This document shows positions 29,014 to 37,517 of a stretch of DNA of 64,000 bases, one piece after another. The translations under genes and the position numbers were made by a program. The notes beneath the pieces are model-generated. The model made no database searches and was not told where the DNA came from. It worked only from the letters and a program-made list of their open reading frames with translations. Every line of letters begins with the position of its first letter. The first letter of the stretch is position 1. This stretch comes from Trueperaceae bacterium (GTDB taxonomy: Bacteria > Deinococcota > Deinococci > Deinococcales > Trueperaceae). The stretch covers positions 4,128,001-4,192,000 of the forward strand of contig OZ243913.1 in NCBI GenBank assembly GCA_965213705.1, read 5' to 3'.

Positions 29014-29205
29014 CTAAGCGGGGCAGCACTCGGCTGTTGACCGAGGCGCTGCTGTGAACTTAACTGCTGCGAGCCTGGCAAAGACCGCGCCCGACTCGCT
29101 GACGAGGTGCCGACGCTGGAGCCTGGCAACATAGGCTTCGTGCCGGAGTGCTTGCACACGCGCTTGGGCGAGCTTACTGGCGAAGTAATAAATCTGGGTA
29201 TCCAT
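29014..29205 (-). CDS. 63-aa hypothetical peptide ending in ECCPA
   Basis: AAAGGAG RBS, ATG at 29205; in line with the DUF6428 gene and divergent from arsR. Confidence 0.6.
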   Translation of the reverse strand: MDTQIYYFASKLAQARVQALRHEAYVARLQRRHLVSESGAVFARLAAVKFTAAPRSTAECCPA

Positions 29206-29217
29206 ATCGTCTCCTTT

Positions 29218-29334
29218 GCATAGACACTCGTCTATGCTTCCTTCTGGCTTGACTATACGCTGTATATAGATGGTTGTCAATATGTTCTGAGCTATGACGC
29301 ATAGATGACGCTCTATTGATAGACTAGGGTCTAT
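29218..29334. promoter_or_regulatory. Four ArsR/SmtB-type operator palindromes (ATAGAY-N4-GTCTAT) in the divergent promoter
   Basis: GCATAGAC-ACTC-GTCTATGC 29218-29237; ATAGAT-GGTT-GTCAAT 29266-29281; ATAGAT-GACG-CTCTAT 29301-29316; ATAGAC-TAGG-GTCTAT 29319-29334. Confidence 0.75.
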
Positions 29335-29650
29335 GACTGGTTTATCCGACGAACTCAAGGTGCTGGGCGACCCTACCCGCCTCAAGATTCTGGACTTTCT
29401 GCTCGAGCCCGTCCAGAGCTGTTGCAGCCGCGACGACGGCGTGTGCGGCTGCGACCTCGAAGCGTTCTTGGGGCTTACCCAGCCCACCGTGAGCCACCAC
29501 ATGAAGCAGCTTGTAGCGGCAGGCTTCGTCACGGCTGAGAAGCGCGGGCGCTGGGTGTACTATGACCTCGACCCCGAAGGCTTCCGCACCGTGCAGGATG
29601 CTCTCAACAAATACGCCACTGCCCCCGTACCAATGAGGGAGCCCGCCTGA
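29333..29650 (+). CDS. arsR: ArsR/SmtB-family repressor
   Basis: LKVLGDPTRLKIL, CC...VCGCDL, LTQPTVSHHMKQL, KRGRWVYY. Confidence 0.92.
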   Translation: MTGLSDELKVLGDPTRLKILDFLLEPVQSCCSRDDGVCGCDLEAFLGLTQPTVSHHMKQLVAAGFVTAEKRGRWVYYDLDPEGFRTVQDALNKYATAPVPMREPA

Positions 29651-30102
29651 TGCGCCTGCTGGTGCTCTGCACCCACAATTCAGCCAGAAGCCAGATGGCC
29701 GAAGGTTGGCTGAGACATTACGCCAACGAGGTTGGCTTAAAGGCGGAAGTGTTCTCGGCGGGCACCGAAAAGGCCTTTGTGAAACCGGAGGCCGTGACGG
29801 TGATGCAAGAGGTCGGCATTAACCTCTCCGGCCACAGCTCAAAAACGCTTTTCGAGCTGCCCGACATGTGGAACTTCGACGTGGTGCTGACGGTGTGCGA
29901 CAGCGCCAACGAAGCCTGCCCCGCCTACCCCGCGCAGACCACACGCCTGCACGTGTCGTTTCCCGACCCCACAGGAAAGCCGCTCGAGACCTGGCGCGAG
30001 GTGCGCGACGCGATAGGCGTGACCTGCAAGAACCTGATCAAAACTTTGAAAGCAGGTGACACACCTACCGAAGAAGCGCTCTCGGCGCAGGTAAGAGTAT
30101 GA
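29650..30102 (+). CDS. arsC: Arsenate reductase ArsC (LMW-PTPase fold)
   Basis: [29 protein letters not shown]. Confidence 0.9.
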   Translation: MRLLVLCTHNSARSQMAEGWLRHYANEVGLKAEVFSAGTEKAFVKPEAVTVMQEVGINLSGHSSKTLFELPDMWNFDVVLTVCDSANEACPAYPAQTTRLHVSFPDPTGKPLETWREVRDAIGVTCKNLIKTLKAGDTPTEEALSAQVRV

Positions 30103-30788
30103 CCCCTCGTATCTGGCTGGCAGAGTTTATCGGCACCTTTGCTCTGCTGTTCGTGGGCGTCGGTGCCGTAGCGTCCGGGGCGAGTGGTCTCGCCGTGGCT
30201 TTCGCCTTCGGCCTAACGGTGGCCGTGATGATAGCGGCGGTCGGCCCCATCTCCTTCGCCCACTTCAATCCCGCCGTGACGGTGGGCTTTTTCGTGCTGC
30301 GGCGCATTACCTTCAGAGAGTTGCTGCTGTACTGGAGTGCGGAGCTGGCAGGTGCAACGGCTGCCATGCTCGCCCTACAAACGTTTTATGGCGCGCAGCG
30401 GCTCGAGCCCGTCGCCTACGGCGCGACCCTACTCGCACCCGGCGTGTCTGCAGTTCAGGGCGTGGCAATAGAGGTCATCCTGACCTTCTTTCTGATGTTC
30501 GTCATTGCTACCTGTGTCATCCAGAAGCAGGCTTTGGCAGGGGTTTACATCGGCTTCACGGTGACGCTCGGCGCGATTGCCGGGGGTGCCATGACGGGCG
30601 CGTCGCTGAACCCGGCGAGGAGCTTCGCCCCGGCCCTTTTTGCGGGCGACTGGTCACAGCACTGGCTCTACTGGCTCGCGCCAATCGTCGGCGCATCCGT
30701 CGCGGCGCTCGCAGCGACCTATTTGTGGCAACCTACGCACGATGTACAAGAAGGCAGCAGCCCCGCGCTGCAACGGGTGGGGGACTAA
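30099..30788 (+). CDS. MIP-family aquaporin/aquaglyceroporin (probable arsenite channel)
   Basis: [24 protein letters not shown]; inside the ars operon. Confidence 0.92.
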   Translation: MTPRIWLAEFIGTFALLFVGVGAVASGASGLAVAFAFGLTVAVMIAAVGPISFAHFNPAVTVGFFVLRRITFRELLLYWSAELAGATAAMLALQTFYGAQRLEPVAYGATLLAPGVSAVQGVAIEVILTFFLMFVIATCVIQKQALAGVYIGFTVTLGAIAGGAMTGASLNPARSFAPALFAGDWSQHWLYWLAPIVGASVAALAATYLWQPTHDVQEGSSPALQRVGD

Positions 30789-30800
30789 GGAGGCCGGACA

Positions 30801-31247
30801 ATGGACAGAAAACGCAAAGTTCTCTTTATCTGCACGGGCAATTCGGCGCGCAGCCAGATGGCCGAAGCCCTCCTGCGCAAACACGCTGGGGATAGGTTCG
30901 AGGTGCACAGCGCCGGGCTCGACCCCAGCGTGATTAACCCCTACACCGTTAGGGTGATGGAAGAAGCGGGCTACGACATGTCGGACCACAACGCCAAGAG
31001 CGTGCGTGAGTATCTAGGCAAAGAGCAGTTCACCTATGTCATAAGCGTGTGCTCCAAAGCCGAGGAGCGCTGCCCTACGTCGTTTCTAGGTGAGCTGCAC
31101 CGCTTGCACTGGCCGTTCGACGATCCCGCCGCCTTCGAGGGCAGTGACGAGGACAAGACCGCATTTTTCAGGCAGATACGCGACCAAATCGAGGCCAAGG
31201 TGCAAAGCTGGCTGAAAGAGTTGGACGCGGCTCATCACTTGGCGTAG
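30801..31247 (+). CDS. arsC: Second arsenate reductase ArsC
   Basis: [31 protein letters not shown]. Confidence 0.9.
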   Translation: MDRKRKVLFICTGNSARSQMAEALLRKHAGDRFEVHSAGLDPSVINPYTVRVMEEAGYDMSDHNAKSVREYLGKEQFTYVISVCSKAEERCPTSFLGELHRLHWPFDDPAAFEGSDEDKTAFFRQIRDQIEAKVQSWLKELDAAHHLA

Positions 31248-31322
31248 CAGGATTTCAGGGGGTGCCATAGATTGTGCGGCTGTTCGGCCCGTTCGCAGCA
31301 TAAGGAAGATAGCGCAGTAAGC

Positions 31323-32528
31323 TTAAAATCTGCTTTCTCTCAGCCGTTCAAACGCACGCTCAAAAACGCTACGATCAACTTTCTGAGCGCCTACTCCATG
31401 TCCATATGTCGCCACCCACCGGCAAACCTCACGAATATCCCGCCCGGTCAAGCCGCTGCTCACGCTTGCCAGCCACGCACTTGAGCAGCCAAGCTTATGA
31501 CGGTAAGGCCGAGTGTAAAGCTCGAACAGCCGTTGCCGCGCCATCTCATCGGGTGCGCTGATGTAAACGTGGTAGGACAGCCTCGAGCGCAAAGCCTCGT
31601 CAAGTACGTCCAGGCGGTTCGTAGCGCCTACCGTAAAAACCGGGCGTGAGCTTTCCTTAAAACCGTCGATTTCCTGGAGCAGTTGGCTGGTCGTGTTGTT
31701 ATACCCTCGGACGGCTCCACCCCAGTCCATGCCAGTCGCGCTACGACGCGAGGCCAGGGTGTCTATCTCGTCAATGAAGACGATACAGGGTGCAGCTCGG
31801 CGCGCCTGTTCGTAAAGAGCATGGACTTTCTTCTCACTCGAGCCGACCGCGGCGTCCAGAATATCAGAGGCGCTGACAGCGATGAAGGCGTATCCCGAGG
31901 TGACTGCGAGCGTCCGAGCGATAAGTGTCTTGCCAGTTCCGGGCGGACCGTAGAGGAGTAGACCTAAAGGTGGAGACTGACCCCACTCGCGCTGCAACCC
32001 GGCACAATCCTGCAATACGCTCTGAACCACCAATAAGTCCTGTTTGACCTTTGCAGGAATGATAACGCGGTCCCACGCTTCAGCGCCCTCTCGTCCTTGC
32101 AAAACTTCGAAAAGGCTGGGCTGGGTGTTCTGGCCGTTGGCCGTAGTATTGACTGACCTACCCCGGTAACCTTCGGTGAAAGCGCCGACCACTGTCGTTA
32201 AAAAGCGACGAACCAGCCAGATCACAACAAGAACCAGAAGTGCGCCCAGAGCAAGCCCGCCTCGCGCCGCGGGTTCAGCCCCGACGATGCCAATCATCAT
32301 TACACCAATAAGCACCCACCATAAGAACTTACCCAAACGTTGTAGCAGCGGCCAAAGAAGCCCTAACACTACGCCAGTAGCCGGCCAAAGAACGACGCCT
32401 GGAAGGTCGAAAAGCGCCCCGGTGAGGAGCTGATAGCCTAACGCGCTTAGAGCAAGCAACAAGCCTAAAGTGAGTCGCATCTGCCTCGGCTTGAGCCTGC
32501 GCCACCCATGTTGGATGAAGGTATCCAC
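31323..32528 (-). CDS. Membrane-anchored AAA+ ATPase (FtsH/CDC48-type module, no protease domain)
   Basis: Four N-terminal TM helices; GPPGTGKT, IVFIDEID, GATNRLDVLDEALRSR. Confidence 0.85.
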   Translation of the reverse strand: MDTFIQHGWRRLKPRQMRLTLGLLLALSALGYQLLTGALFDLPGVVLWPATGVVLGLLWPLLQRLGKFLWWVLIGVMMIGIVGAEPAARGGLALGALLVLVVIWLVRRFLTTVVGAFTEGYRGRSVNTTANGQNTQPSLFEVLQGREGAEAWDRVIIPAKVKQDLLVVQSVLQDCAGLQREWGQSPPLGLLLYGPPGTGKTLIARTLAVTSGYAFIAVSASDILDAAVGSSEKKVHALYEQARRAAPCIVFIDEIDTLASRRSATGMDWGGAVRGYNNTTSQLLQEIDGFKESSRPVFTVGATNRLDVLDEALRSRLSYHVYISAPDEMARQRLFELYTRPYRHKLGCSSAWLASVSSGLTGRDIREVCRWVATYGHGVGAQKVDRSVFERAFERLRESRF

Positions 32529-32599
32529 CTGACAAGTTTAGAGAACTGGGAGGTGAGCGTCTACCCACATCGAAACGTTATTTGTTGAACAAAATAGCT

Positions 32600-33145
32600 A
32601 AACCACTACCATCTTGAAGATGGTAGGTTGCCAGCATCCAGACTGGAAGTCGGGGCTTACCCTAAAGAGATGTTCTCCTCGTCACGCTGCTTATGAGCGT
32701 CATAGTGGTTGCTGATATAGGCGTCGATAACGTCGTCAGTTACGTTCCCACTTGTCGCGCTGAAGTAGCCCCGCGCCCAAAAGTGTCTGCCCCAATAGCG
32801 CTTCTTGAGGTGCGGAAACTCTTGCTGAACTTTTCTCGAACTCCTTCTTTAGCCCGCTTCACAAACTCGCTTACCGCGACATGGGGCGGAATGGATACCA
32901 GCAGGTGGATGTGGTCGCTCGATACAACTCCATTGACTATCTTGACGTTCATCTCCTCGGCTACTTGCGCGACAATAGTCCTTACCCGCTTCTGCAACTC
33001 ACCCCGCAGCACCCGGTAGCGGTACTTCGTTATCCACACCAGGTGATACTTGTGGTGATAGACCGTATGACTTCCCCGCGTGTAGCGTTCCATCTTCCAA
33101 CTTTAAACGCTGAAGCGTTTCCCATCTGGAAGATGGGGGCTTAAC
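32600..33145 (-). mobile_element. IS200-like element (tnpA only); ends approximate
   Basis: Subterminal hairpins CTACCATCT-TGA-AGATGGTAG (32606-32626) and CCCATCT-GGA-AGATGGG (33121-33137) flank tnpA; no tnpB. Confidence 0.8.
32657..33093 (-). pseudogene. tnpA: IS200/IS605 Y1 transposase TnpA with a 1-nt frameshift near 32848
   Basis: YHLVWITKYR, DHIHLL (HUH); after AK the conserved RSSR...WGRHFWARGYF...YISNH continues in another frame to TAA at 32657. Confidence 0.88.
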
Positions 33146-33161
33146 ACCCCTTAGAGGACAG

Positions 33162-33713
33162 TTAAACGGTCTTCCGATAAAGCTCTGTCGAGAGCATTCT
33201 AACCCTCCCGCAGCTACTCTGAGTTAGACCGGCAAGCGTGTGCGGTCGGTCCGTGTGGATTAGCAATACAGCGTTCTCGCGAATCAGGCGTTCGCGCAAT
33301 CGTTCAGATACCCGCCGCGCCGAGCGTGCCGACACGCGTTTCCAGCGGGCCAACAGATAGGCCGTTCGGCCGTCAGGACTTCGTAGCTTAATAACGTGCC
33401 GGGTATTCGACGTCCCACCGAGATAAGTCCAGCCCTTCGCTCGTAGGGCAGCCAAACAGCGACGCCGTAAATACTGGTCGGCCATTACCTCGGGTGGGCT
33501 CAGGTAGTTAGGACTAAGGCCGAAGGTCTGCCGCCCAGCGGGGCCGAGCGTGATGAGTGACCCGGCAGGCGTAGCTTTGACGAGCGTGAGATACCGTTCT
33601 TCCAACATGCTCGACAAGCGCTCTTTGCCGAGTTTAGCCTCGAGAAAGAAAGCAGCTTCAGCCCCGTGCTCACGCACATCGGTGAGGACGACCAAAACTT
33701 GACTATCCACCAC
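33162..33713 (-). CDS. Hypothetical basic protein, last gene of the second transfer-associated operon
   Basis: GTG start overlapping the upstream stop; Arg-rich, wHTH-like ITLGPAGR segment. Confidence 0.5.
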   Translation of the reverse strand: MVDSQVLVVLTDVREHGAEAAFFLEAKLGKERLSSMLEERYLTLVKATPAGSLITLGPAGRQTFGLSPNYLSPPEVMADQYLRRRCLAALRAKGWTYLGGTSNTRHVIKLRSPDGRTAYLLARWKRVSARSARRVSERLRERLIRENAVLLIHTDRPHTLAGLTQSSCGRVRMLSTELYRKTV

Positions 33714-35034
33714 CAGAGGGCTCTCCGTAAGTGGGTGGCAGCGGCACGCCTGCTGGACAGGGTGTTGCCGGGGGCGGTCCGAGCCTGGCAGTTTCGTAAC
33801 CGGGCGGCGGCCACGGCACACCTTCCGGTAAGCACGGGACAGGGGCAGGAAAGGTGCTGAAGTCGGGAATGGTTTGGGGTGGGAGACTCGGCGGTGTTCG
33901 GGGTAGGGCTATATCGAAGTCCGGGAGCGCCCGAAGGGGGGAGCCGACAAGCCTCGGTACGGCGTAACCTTCGGGAACGCTAACCTCTCCGTAAAAAGCT
34001 CTCGGCACCTGTGGAACGAAGGTAGGTAAGGGGATAAAGGGAACAATAGCGATGAAAGGTGGCGTGGGGATGAGGCACACCGAACCGACAATCGACGGGG
34101 TGTACAGGAGACCTTGCCACTTCCCGAACCAGGTGTCTTCTAAGTCGCCCCACACCTCGAAGAAGCTACCGAAGCCGAACTGCGACTGCTCAAGCGGTGT
34201 GGCAGGCTCGAGCCCCTCTTCGCGTTCTTGTGAGTTTGGTAACACATTACCGCCTTTAGAAAGCTCTTTCGCTTCTAAGCCTGGATAAAGAGGCAAGGGC
34301 AATTCGTCAGGCGTGTAGGGTAGAAGTGTGCCTGGCGCAAAGGGCTGAGCGTGATAGACAGGGTCACGGGGTTCCTCGAACAGCTTACTTATCTGACCCG
34401 GCTTGGGCTCGAGCGAGGTGAAGGCTGTCAGGACGGCACCTTGCTGTAAGGGAAAAGGGCCTTCCCACCACAGCGACAGCGGCACATGCGTAAAAAGCGC
34501 CGTGACAACATTCTGCCAGTATTGGGGCTGGTCTTCAGCGTAGGCTTCTAAGACAGCCTCGAGCTGCCGCCGAAACACCTCCGGCCAATCGACGTGTGAG
34601 CCGCAGGGTAGCAGTGGGTTCCAGGGTGGCGGAAAGGCGTTGACCTTGTCCTGTACCTTTGTGATGAGAGCGTCAAAGAAGATTTGCCACGCTTTGTCAA
34701 CAGCCTTCTTAGCCTCATTCACATCCGTGTCGCGGTGCAGAGGTAACCGGTAGATGCCGGCCTGACCCGCACGTTCGCAGTCGGCAAGCCCCTCGTTCAA
34801 ACAGCGCTTATACACTTCGATATCAACCAGCTCAACATGGGAGATGTACGGACCCAACTCATTGTCGAGATAGCTGAAAAGCACGGCTGGTTCGTCGGTC
34901 GCCAAGGTCGTCTCCCGCTCATCTGTCATGACGGGGCGCTCGCTCGTGTCTTGGGCCAGCACGGTGGCAAGCCCGTTCAAACCGGCGAGTGCTGCACAAA
35001 AACTAAGGACGAAAACTGCGGACAAAGCCTTCAT
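33703..35034 (-). CDS. Exported Cys-containing, Pro-rich protein (possible mating-pair stabilisation factor)
   Basis: Signal peptide, paired cysteines, Pro-rich tail; follows the VirB9/TraK-like gene. Confidence 0.55.
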   Translation of the reverse strand: MKALSAVFVLSFCAALAGLNGLATVLAQDTSERPVMTDERETTLATDEPAVLFSYLDNELGPYISHVELVDIEVYKRCLNEGLADCERAGQAGIYRLPLHRDTDVNEAKKAVDKAWQIFFDALITKVQDKVNAFPPPWNPLLPCGSHVDWPEVFRRQLEAVLEAYAEDQPQYWQNVVTALFTHVPLSLWWEGPFPLQQGAVLTAFTSLEPKPGQISKLFEEPRDPVYHAQPFAPGTLLPYTPDELPLPLYPGLEAKELSKGGNVLPNSQEREEGLEPATPLEQSQFGFGSFFEVWGDLEDTWFGKWQGLLYTPSIVGSVCLIPTPPFIAIVPFIPLPTFVPQVPRAFYGEVSVPEGYAVPRLVGSPLRALPDFDIALPRTPPSLPPQTIPDFSTFPAPVPCLPEGVPWPPPGYETARLGPPPATPCPAGVPLPPTYGEPSGGG

Positions 35035-35932
35035 AAAAGGTCTTTCTCAAGGTGTAGCTCGAGCCCGGTCCGATGTGGACCAAGGGCCAGTTTAGAGTGA
35101 CGGGTGCGTCGGGTGCCTCGGTGACAAGGAGGGTGCCGAATTCGACACCGCCCGGTGCCACGCGGTTGGTAAGCCCCTCGGCGGACACGCGTGAAAGGGT
35201 GAAGGGTAGTTTCTGCGGTCCGGCTATCGGGTCGTCCGCGTCGAGAGTTAAGCGGGTGACGTCGGCAGCCACAGGATAAGGGCTTTGGTTCGAGAGCGCG
35301 TAATGAATCGCCAGCGCGCCGTTGGGCGCATAGGTCGCTTCGGCATAAAAGTCGAGCCAGGCGGGCAAAGGACGTGGCGTTTCCGCTCCCTCCTCGAGAA
35401 TACTGCCCACATTTTCATCTCCTTTTCCGAACACCTCGTCGAGCAACTGCTGCGCTTGGCTTAGCGAGCTTGAACTCGAGCTGCTGACATGTGGAGGGGG
35501 CGTCTTCACCCGACCAATCACGTAGCGTTGCGGCGCGTCGAGCGTATCGTCGATGATGACGTTGAAAAGGACGGTGCGCCCGCCTGTAACGACCATCAGG
35601 TCGGTTCGCCCCGACGCCTGGTTAGCGCGCATCGACAGGCGGTTGCCACTCGTCTCGATGGTGAACCAGTCGCCCCTGGCCGAGGTGGCGTCTTCGATAG
35701 GGTCGTCGAACTCGAGGTGGGTCTGCACGCGGGTGCCCACTCGTAGCTCTCCTGGGCGACTGGCGAGCGTTTCGATGTCGTAGGTAGTGAGCACATAGGG
35801 CGCGTTGACAAGCGTTTGGGCTCGAGCTGTAGCAACCAGCAAGACAACAACAGAGACAAAAGCCAGGGCATGCCAAGAAAGCATCCTATAGGTTGACGCT
35901 GATACTTGTTTAGGTACAATATGTGGTGTCAT
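35003..35932 (-). CDS. VirB9/TrbG/TraK-like exported T4SS core protein
   Basis: Signal peptide; ELRVGTRVQTHLEFDDPI...GNRLSMRA...TDLMVVTGGRTVLFNV two-domain layout. Confidence 0.6.
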   Translation of the reverse strand: MTPHIVPKQVSASTYRMLSWHALAFVSVVVLLVATARAQTLVNAPYVLTTYDIETLASRPGELRVGTRVQTHLEFDDPIEDATSARGDWFTIETSGNRLSMRANQASGRTDLMVVTGGRTVLFNVIIDDTLDAPQRYVIGRVKTPPPHVSSSSSSSLSQAQQLLDEVFGKGDENVGSILEEGAETPRPLPAWLDFYAEATYAPNGALAIHYALSNQSPYPVAADVTRLTLDADDPIAGPQKLPFTLSRVSAEGLTNRVAPGGVEFGTLLVTEAPDAPVTLNWPLVHIGPGSSYTLRKTFYEGFVRSFRP

Positions 35933-36004
35933 GGAACAAACTTACAGAAACCCAAGTGTACCTGTCAACGGACTTAAAGCCCCGCGCCTGACGAGGCGGC
36001 GCTG

Positions 36005-36232
36005 ATGTTGCGCTGGCGCATTCGGCAGTATTTGACGGCGCACAGTTTGAGCGCCTACGACCTCGACCGAGCCCTCGGGCGCAAACTGTCCCCCCGCACG
36101 GTTTATGCGCTGGCCCGAAACGAGCACAAGCAGATTCGGCTGGAGACGCTGGATAAGCTGATGACTGCGCTCGAGGAACTCACGGGTAAACCAGTTTCGC
36201 TCAAGGATTTGCTCGAGTACCAGCGTAAATAG
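36005..36232 (+). CDS. Cro/C1-type HTH regulator
   Basis: LSAYDL...LSPRTVYALARNE..QIRLETLDKL..AL......SLKDLLEY. Confidence 0.8.
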   Translation: MLRWRIRQYLTAHSLSAYDLDRALGRKLSPRTVYALARNEHKQIRLETLDKLMTALEELTGKPVSLKDLLEYQRK

Positions 36233-36246
36233 AGCTGTTGGTGAAA

Positions 36247-36819
36247 CTAAGGCAGCGTCGCGTCTATAAAGCCGGTGTCGTCAAAAACCCGGAGTGTACT
36301 GCCAGGTTGGAGGCTGCGCGGGTAGATGACCAGATTGCTTGCTTTGGGATTTTTAGATGAGGGAACCCTCAGCGCCTCGATACCCGCTTCGACGGCAGCC
36401 GCTCCTAAACTCTGAGTGGGTGCCACACCGCGTTGGGCCTCGAGCGGCAAATACGGTGCCGTAAGTTCCGTAAGGTCGGTCTCGAGTGCCACCTGATTCT
36501 GATGCTGAGTAAGGTCGAGAGTGACTTGTAAGCGGTACTCGACGCTCAGAAGCGTTTTGGGACTCGACTTTGCCGAGAATAGACCAGCATTCGTAAACTT
36601 AATCGCTTCAACTTCTTGCAGCGCCGTGAGTGGGTCTTCGGCTAAATAGAGCGCTTCCAGCTCGCCCCGAGGATTATAGCGGCCCCCCTGCTTTAAAGCA
36701 CCGATACTGGAGAGAGCCGTCAAATAGTATTGCGCAGGAATTATTCTGTAGGCGGTGCCTGTGAGGTGTTGAGTGGGTAGGCTGGCGAGTGCTCGAAGCA
36801 ACGACTCACCGTTAAGCAT
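36247..36819 (-). CDS. RES-domain toxin
   Basis: AYR...GGRYNP...ALYLAEDPLTALQE...TQSLG...ALRVPS...NLVIY. Confidence 0.9.
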   Translation of the reverse strand: MLNGESLLRALASLPTQHLTGTAYRIIPAQYYLTALSSIGALKQGGRYNPRGELEALYLAEDPLTALQEVEAIKFTNAGLFSAKSSPKTLLSVEYRLQVTLDLTQHQNQVALETDLTELTAPYLPLEAQRGVAPTQSLGAAAVEAGIEALRVPSSKNPKASNLVIYPRSLQPGSTLRVFDDTGFIDATLP

Positions 36820-37187
36820 CAGAGCGGTTGCCCAGTCTCCATCGCGTAGACAAGCGTTTCGACTTGAGCTGTGTATCCTTGCTCCAAAAACGCGAGCGGC
36901 GTCGCGCCGCCAAGGTCGGGGTGCGGCGCTTTGAGCCAGATAAGGGCGTAGTCGAGCCGACCGTCCATAAGGCTTTTAAGACGTTGCACCAGGTCGGTGA
37001 GCCTGGCAAGCTTCGGCTGCAACCGCTCGGCATCGGGATTTTTGCGCAGTCCGCTGGAACTGTAGCCAAGGATATGTGCCATCTGCTTCGTGTTCACGTT
37101 CAAGGTCTGAGCCAGCCGCAGCGCATCGAGGCGACCGCTATTAGGGTTGTGGGCGCTTATGAGGGTGTGCTCGAGCAGATCGACCAT
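36819..37187 (-). CDS. Xre/MbcA/ParS-type antitoxin
   Basis: N-terminal HTH, WLKAPHPDLGGATPL; TGATG-coupled to the RES gene; TATACT-N6-ATG. Confidence 0.9.
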   Translation of the reverse strand: MVDLLEHTLISAHNPNSGRLDALRLAQTLNVNTKQMAHILGYSSSGLRKNPDAERLQPKLARLTDLVQRLKSLMDGRLDYALIWLKAPHPDLGGATPLAFLEQGYTAQVETLVYAMETGQPL

Positions 37188-37517
37188 AGCATCAGTATAG
37201 GCGTGTTGCGTTTTTGGGTCAATAACGTCTTCAATCTGTCGTGTTTTTCTACTCCCCTTTATTTGCTGGGTGATTTGGTTTTGACACCTTGCTCAGTCTT
37301 CACTGGCAGTTCAGGGCACATAACTGACAGTTAGCTTGCGGTCTCATTCTGCCTGCGACAAAGCCTTGCACATCTTGCAGATTTTCATAAAAACTTAGTG
37401 GAGGGAAAAGAAGGATGAATTTTAGCGTTATCAGAAGATTGGGCGACCCGTCTGCCAGATGTGCCAGCACTCCGTTCCCCACACCTTTTAAGCGTCAGTC
37501 GAACTGCCAGGTTTTCG

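Noticed and set aside
32600..33145. TnpB/IscB RNA-guided nuclease with the IS200/IS605 element
   Set aside because: The terminal hairpin follows about 30 bp after the tnpA stop, leaving no room for tnpB.
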